Both the position numbers and the translations under genes were made by a program. A DNA stretch of 26,550 nt, taken from assembly GCA_012510695.1 (NCBI GenBank), contig JAAZHN010000008.1, positions 1 through 26,550 on the forward strand, read 5' to 3'. Each line of letters begins with the position of its first letter. Positions within the stretch are counted from its first letter, which is position 1. Shown one piece after another: positions 22,918 to 26,550 of this stretch. Origin of the DNA: Mollicutes bacterium (GTDB lineage: Bacteria > Bacillota_I > Bacilli_A > RF39 > UBA660). Below the pieces are notes generated by a model that saw nothing but the letters and a program-made list of their open reading frames with translations, was not told where the DNA came from and searched no databases.

Positions 22918-25725
22918 CTATAAAACATTTTTTAGAAATTGTCCAGTATATGACTCTTTGCATTTTATTATTTCTTCGGGAGTACCGGTTGCAATTACTT
23001 CCCCACCACCATCGCCACCTTCAGGACCAAGGTCGATAATGTGGTCAGCAACTTTTATTACATCTAAGTTATGTTCAATAACAATAACTGTATCGCCATT
23101 ATCAACTATTCTATTTAATATAACTAATAATCTTTTAATATCATCGGTATGAAGACCTGTTGTCGGTTCATCTAAAATAAACACACTTTTGCCTGTTGGT
23201 TTTTTTTGTAATTCTTTTGCTAGTTTTACTCTTCCTGCTTCGCCTCCAGATAAAGTTGGAGCACTTTGACCAAGTTCAATATAGGATAATCCCACATCCA
23301 TCATTATTCCTAATTCATATTTTATTCTTGGAATATTTTCAAAAAAATCGTAAGCTTCTTCAACTCGCATTTTTAAAACATCGGCAATATTTTTTTCTTT
23401 AAATTTAATATCTAATGTTTCTTTATTATATTTTTTTCCTCCACAGACATCACAAGGAACATAAACATCTGGCAAAAAATGCATCTCAATTTTTTTAACT
23501 CCGTCTCCCCAACAAGCTTCGCATCTTCCACCTTTAACATTAAAACTGAATCTTCCTTTTTTATACCCTCTGATTTTTGCTTCCTTTGTATTAACAAAAA
23601 CTTCTCTAATCTCATCAAAAACTCCAACATAAGTCGCTGGATTACTTCTTGGGGTTCTACCGATTGGATCTTGACTGATTAAAACAACTTTATCTATGTC
23701 ATCAATTCCTGTTATTTTGTCGTGTTTGCCAACCTCATATTTTGAGTTATAAACACTTTTCATTAAGGATTTATATAAAATCTCATTAACTAAAGAACTC
23801 TTACCAGATCCACTTACACCAGTAACACATATAAATTTACCTCTAGGAAATTCTACATCGATATTTTTTAAATTATTTTCCTTTGCACCCTTAATTTTAA
23901 TTGACTTACCCGAGCCTTTTCTTCTTACTTTAGGAACATCTATTTTTAATTTACCAGATAGGTATTTACCTGTTAGGCTTTCCTCATTTTTCATCACTTC
24001 ATCAGGAGTTCCAACTGCAACTATATAGCCACCATTTTTACCCGCAACTGGGCCAATATCAATTAAGTAGTCTGATGCTAGCATTGTATCATGATCATGT
24101 TCAACAACAATTAAGGTATTGCCAAGATCTCGCATTTCTTTTAATGATTTTATTAATTTATCATTATCTCTTTGATGAAGACCAATGCTTGGTTCATCTA
24201 ATACATATAAAACTCCAGATAATTTACTACCGATTTGAGTGGCTAATCTTATTCTTTGACTCTCTCCACCAGAAAGAGTTCCAGCGTTTCTTGCTAAAGA
24301 AAGGTATCCTAATCCAACATTATCTAAAAAATCTAATCTACTCATTATTTCTTTTAATAAAAGATTGGAAATTCCTCGCTCTTCTTCTGTTAGCTTTAAA
24401 TTATTTAAAAAATTCATTATGTCTTTAATACTCATTAAAGTTAATTCATAAATGTTTTTCTTGTTTATTAAAACAGATAAAACATCATCTTTTAGTCTTG
24501 AACCATGACAAACATCACATTGCATTTCCATCATGTAACCTTCAATCCAATCTCTTATCCAACTGCTTTGAGTCTCAATATATCTTCTTTCTAAATTGTT
24601 AACTATTCCTTCATATGCACTTGTTTGATATCTAACATCACCTTTATTTGAAACATACTTAAATTTTATTTCTTCATTGCTTCCATATAAAATTATGTTT
24701 AATTCTTTATTAGTTAAATTTTTTATTTTTTTAGTTATATCAATATTATAATGTTTACAAACTGTTTCTAGTGCTGTCATATTGGTATTCTGTTCAGGAT
24801 TAAAAGAAAGGATTCCGCCTTCTAAAATTGACTTATTACGATCAGGAATTAATAAATCAATATTTATTTTAGATTTTACTCCTAATCCCTTACATTCTGG
24901 ACAGGCTCCATATGGTGCATTAAATGAAAACATTCTTGGTTCTAAACTAGGTAGTGAAAAATTACATTTCATACAAGCATATTTTTCACTCATCATGATT
25001 TCTTCTTTACCAATTATATTAATTATTACTTTGCCATCAGCTAAATTAGTCGCATTTTCAATTGCTTCAAATAGGCGACTACGATCGCTTTTCTTTAAGA
25101 CTAATCGATCAATTACAACCTCAATATTATCTTTGATATTTTTTTCTAGTGTTATTTCCTCACTTAAGTCTTTTATTTCTCCATTGACTCTTACTCTAGT
25201 AAATCCCTTTTTACTTAAATCCGCAAATAGTTCCTTATGAGTTCCTTTTTCACCACGAATGATAGGTGATAATATTTCAAGTTTTGTTCCTTCATCAAAA
25301 CTTAAAATCTTATTAGTCATTTCTTCAATACTTTGACTTTTAATAGGAATTTTATGAGTAGGACAATGTGGGATACCAATTCTTGAAAATAGTAGTCTTA
25401 AATAATCATAAATCTCTGTTACTGTACCAACTGTACTTCTTGGGTTTTTATTAGTGGATTTTTGATCAATCGCGATGCTCGGACTCAAACCTTCAATTGA
25501 ATCAACATCTGGTTTTTCAGTGCCACCTAAAAATTGCCTAGCATAAGCGCTTAGACTTTCGACATATCTCCTTTGACCTTCAGCATAAATAGTATCAAAA
25601 GCTAAACTGCTTTTTCCTGATCCACTTACTCCAGTCATTACAACTAATTTATTTTTAGGGATTTCTAAATCAATATTTTTTAAATTGTTTTCTCTAGCTC
25701 CCTTAATTATTAATTTATCCTTAAT
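22918..25725 (-). CDS. uvrA: Excinuclease ABC subunit A (935 aa if started at ATT 25725)
   Basis: Two ABC ATPase domains (GVSGSGKSS twice, LSGGESQR/LSGGEAGR, LDEP twice) and Zn-finger CxxC motifs. The conserved N-terminus KDKLIIKGARENNLKNIDLEIP is in frame upstream of the ORF-track Met at 25638. Confidence 0.95.
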   Translation of the reverse strand: MKDKLIIKGARENNLKNIDLEIPKNKLVVMTGVSGSGKSSLAFDTIYAEGQRRYVESLSAYARQFLGGTEKPDVDSIEGLSPSIAIDQKSTNKNPRSTVGTVTEIYDYLRLLFSRIGIPHCPTHKIPIKSQSIEEMTNKILSFDEGTKLEILSPIIRGEKGTHKELFADLSKKGFTRVRVNGEIKDLSEEITLEKNIKDNIEVVIDRLVLKKSDRSRLFEAIENATNLADGKVIINIIGKEEIMMSEKYACMKCNFSLPSLEPRMFSFNAPYGACPECKGLGVKSKINIDLLIPDRNKSILEGGILSFNPEQNTNMTALETVCKHYNIDITKKIKNLTNKELNIILYGSNEEIKFKYVSNKGDVRYQTSAYEGIVNNLERRYIETQSSWIRDWIEGYMMEMQCDVCHGSRLKDDVLSVLINKKNIYELTLMSIKDIMNFLNNLKLTEEERGISNLLLKEIMSRLDFLDNVGLGYLSLARNAGTLSGGESQRIRLATQIGSKLSGVLYVLDEPSIGLHQRDNDKLIKSLKEMRDLGNTLIVVEHDHDTMLASDYLIDIGPVAGKNGGYIVAVGTPDEVMKNEESLTGKYLSGKLKIDVPKVRRKGSGKSIKIKGAKENNLKNIDVEFPRGKFICVTGVSGSGKSSLVNEILYKSLMKSVYNSKYEVGKHDKITGIDDIDKVVLISQDPIGRTPRSNPATYVGVFDEIREVFVNTKEAKIRGYKKGRFSFNVKGGRCEACWGDGVKKIEMHFLPDVYVPCDVCGGKKYNKETLDIKFKEKNIADVLKMRVEEAYDFFENIPRIKYELGIMMDVGLSYIELGQSAPTLSGGEAGRVKLAKELQKKPTGKSVFILDEPTTGLHTDDIKRLLVILNRIVDNGDTVIVIEHNLDVIKVADHIIDLGPEGGDGGGEVIATGTPEEIIKCKESYTGQFLKNVL

Positions 25726-25749
25726 AAATCACTCATTTCGAACATGATT

Positions 25750-25758
25750 ATTTTACCA
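25750..25758 (-). promoter_or_regulatory. Extended -10 promoter for uvrA
   Basis: Minus strand TGGTAAAAT, about 25 nt upstream of the proposed ATT start. Confidence 0.5.
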
Positions 25759-25768
25759 TATTGATATT

Positions 25769-25798
25769 AAAAAAAGAAATCATATAAATTTCCTTTTT
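25769..25798 (-). terminator. Intrinsic terminator after the SDR gene
   Basis: Minus strand AAAAAGGAAAT-ttatatg-ATTTCTTTTTTT overlapping the SDR stop codon. Confidence 0.55.
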
Positions 25799-26547
25799 CA
25801 CTTCTGTTTTTTATCCTGAAAATTACTTGTTATTTTCATTAAAATGCTATAAGGCATAAATCTTGACATAAAAGTTGTAGTTTTCCATCTTAAACCAGGC
25901 ATGATAATGATTTTATTTGTAAACATTTTTTTAATAGCATATTTAGCGATTTCCTTACTTTCAATATTTTTAGAATTAAACTTTGCTCCAGCGGTCTCAT
26001 TGAATTTAGAGTTAAAAGGTCCTGGACAAAGTACAGAAATTTTTACATTACTATTTAATTCTTTTAATTCATGACTTATCGCTAGAGTTTGTTTAACTAC
26101 ATAATTTTTTGTACTATAGTATGTGCTTAATTTAGGCCCCGCTTGAAATCCAGCTACACTTCCGACATTTAAAATTCTACCCGAATCTTTTTTAATAAAG
26201 TCTTTTAAATACAATTTAGTTAAAATATGAAGCGCTTTAATGTTAACATCAATCATTTCTAATTCTTTTTGTAAATCTGTTTCATGGAAATAACCAAACA
26301 AGCCAAACCCTGCATTATTTATTAATAAATCAACATTCTTATTTTCCTCATACATTTTTATTACATTTTCTTCTTTTGTTAAATTACAAATATATATTTT
26401 TGCTTCTGTTTTACAATTTTTCTTGGTTTCTTCCAAACCTTTTTTATCTCTTGCAACTAATATTAATTCATAACCTAACTCACTTAGTTGATAAGCTAGT
26501 TCTCTTCCTAATCCAGAACTAGCTCCTGTAATTAGTGCTTTTTTCAT
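25798..26547 (-). CDS. Short-chain dehydrogenase/reductase (SDR family), substrate unknown
   Basis: ALITGASSGLG Rossmann motif, NNAGFG, catalytic YxxxK (YYSTK), LCPGP. Confidence 0.92.
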   Translation of the reverse strand: MKKALITGASSGLGRELAYQLSELGYELILVARDKKGLEETKKNCKTEAKIYICNLTKEENVIKMYEENKNVDLLINNAGFGLFGYFHETDLQKELEMIDVNIKALHILTKLYLKDFIKKDSGRILNVGSVAGFQAGPKLSTYYSTKNYVVKQTLAISHELKELNSNVKISVLCPGPFNSKFNETAGAKFNSKNIESKEIAKYAIKKMFTNKIIIMPGLRWKTTTFMSRFMPYSILMKITSNFQDKKQK

Positions 26548-26550
26548 TAT

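Noticed and set aside
25729-25731. TGA read-through (code 4) as the explanation for the missing uvrA start
   Set aside because: TGA is used as a stop elsewhere (pflB, SDR), and reading through meets TAA at 25753-25755 with no start codon in between.
25739-25752. CGAACAT half-site upstream of uvrA as a Firmicute LexA (Cheo) box
   Set aside because: Only one half matches CGAAC-N4-GTTCG and the other arm is absent. Not enough to call, though worth rechecking if lexA is present.

Overview
This is a strongly AT-rich, densely packed bacterial chromosome segment using genetic code 11 (TGA is a stop, e.g. pflB). The Firmicute-type S12 insert, peptidoglycan genes and Firmicute-like promoters suggest a genome-reduced member of the Bacilli such as an RF39-like lineage (inference). 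Housekeeping content: 3' part of pflB, pflA, tRNA-Cys(GCA), eno, a FemAB-family transferase, rpsL-rpsG-fusA-tuf, a YfcC-like transporter, lysS, murC, an M15B carboxypeptidase, uvrA and an SDR oxidoreductase. I saw no CRISPR array, transposase, integrase or rRNA. Most interesting: (1) a tightly coupled minus-strand cluster behind enolase. It encodes a membrane-anchored protein with ~14 twelve-residue DxDxDG-type repeats, 22 Cys in 11 C-x3-C pairs, a 26-Ser linker and a TasA/camelysin-like C-terminus, followed by a membrane-anchored tandem thioredoxin-fold protein, a PH-domain protein, two unknown membrane proteins and tRNA-Cys. (2) uvrA has no ATG/GTG/TTG at its conserved N-terminus; ATT sits at the expected start, overlapped by an out-of-frame 8-codon uORF. 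(3) S12 reads RAQDLIG instead of RVKDLPG, and EF-Tu has a shortened loop and QTAEH. (4) An ORF next to the tRNA appears chimeric, with a P-type-ATPase-like N-terminus. (5) A pair of atypical pilin-like genes lies upstream of rpsL. All family assignments come from motif recognition, not database searches.
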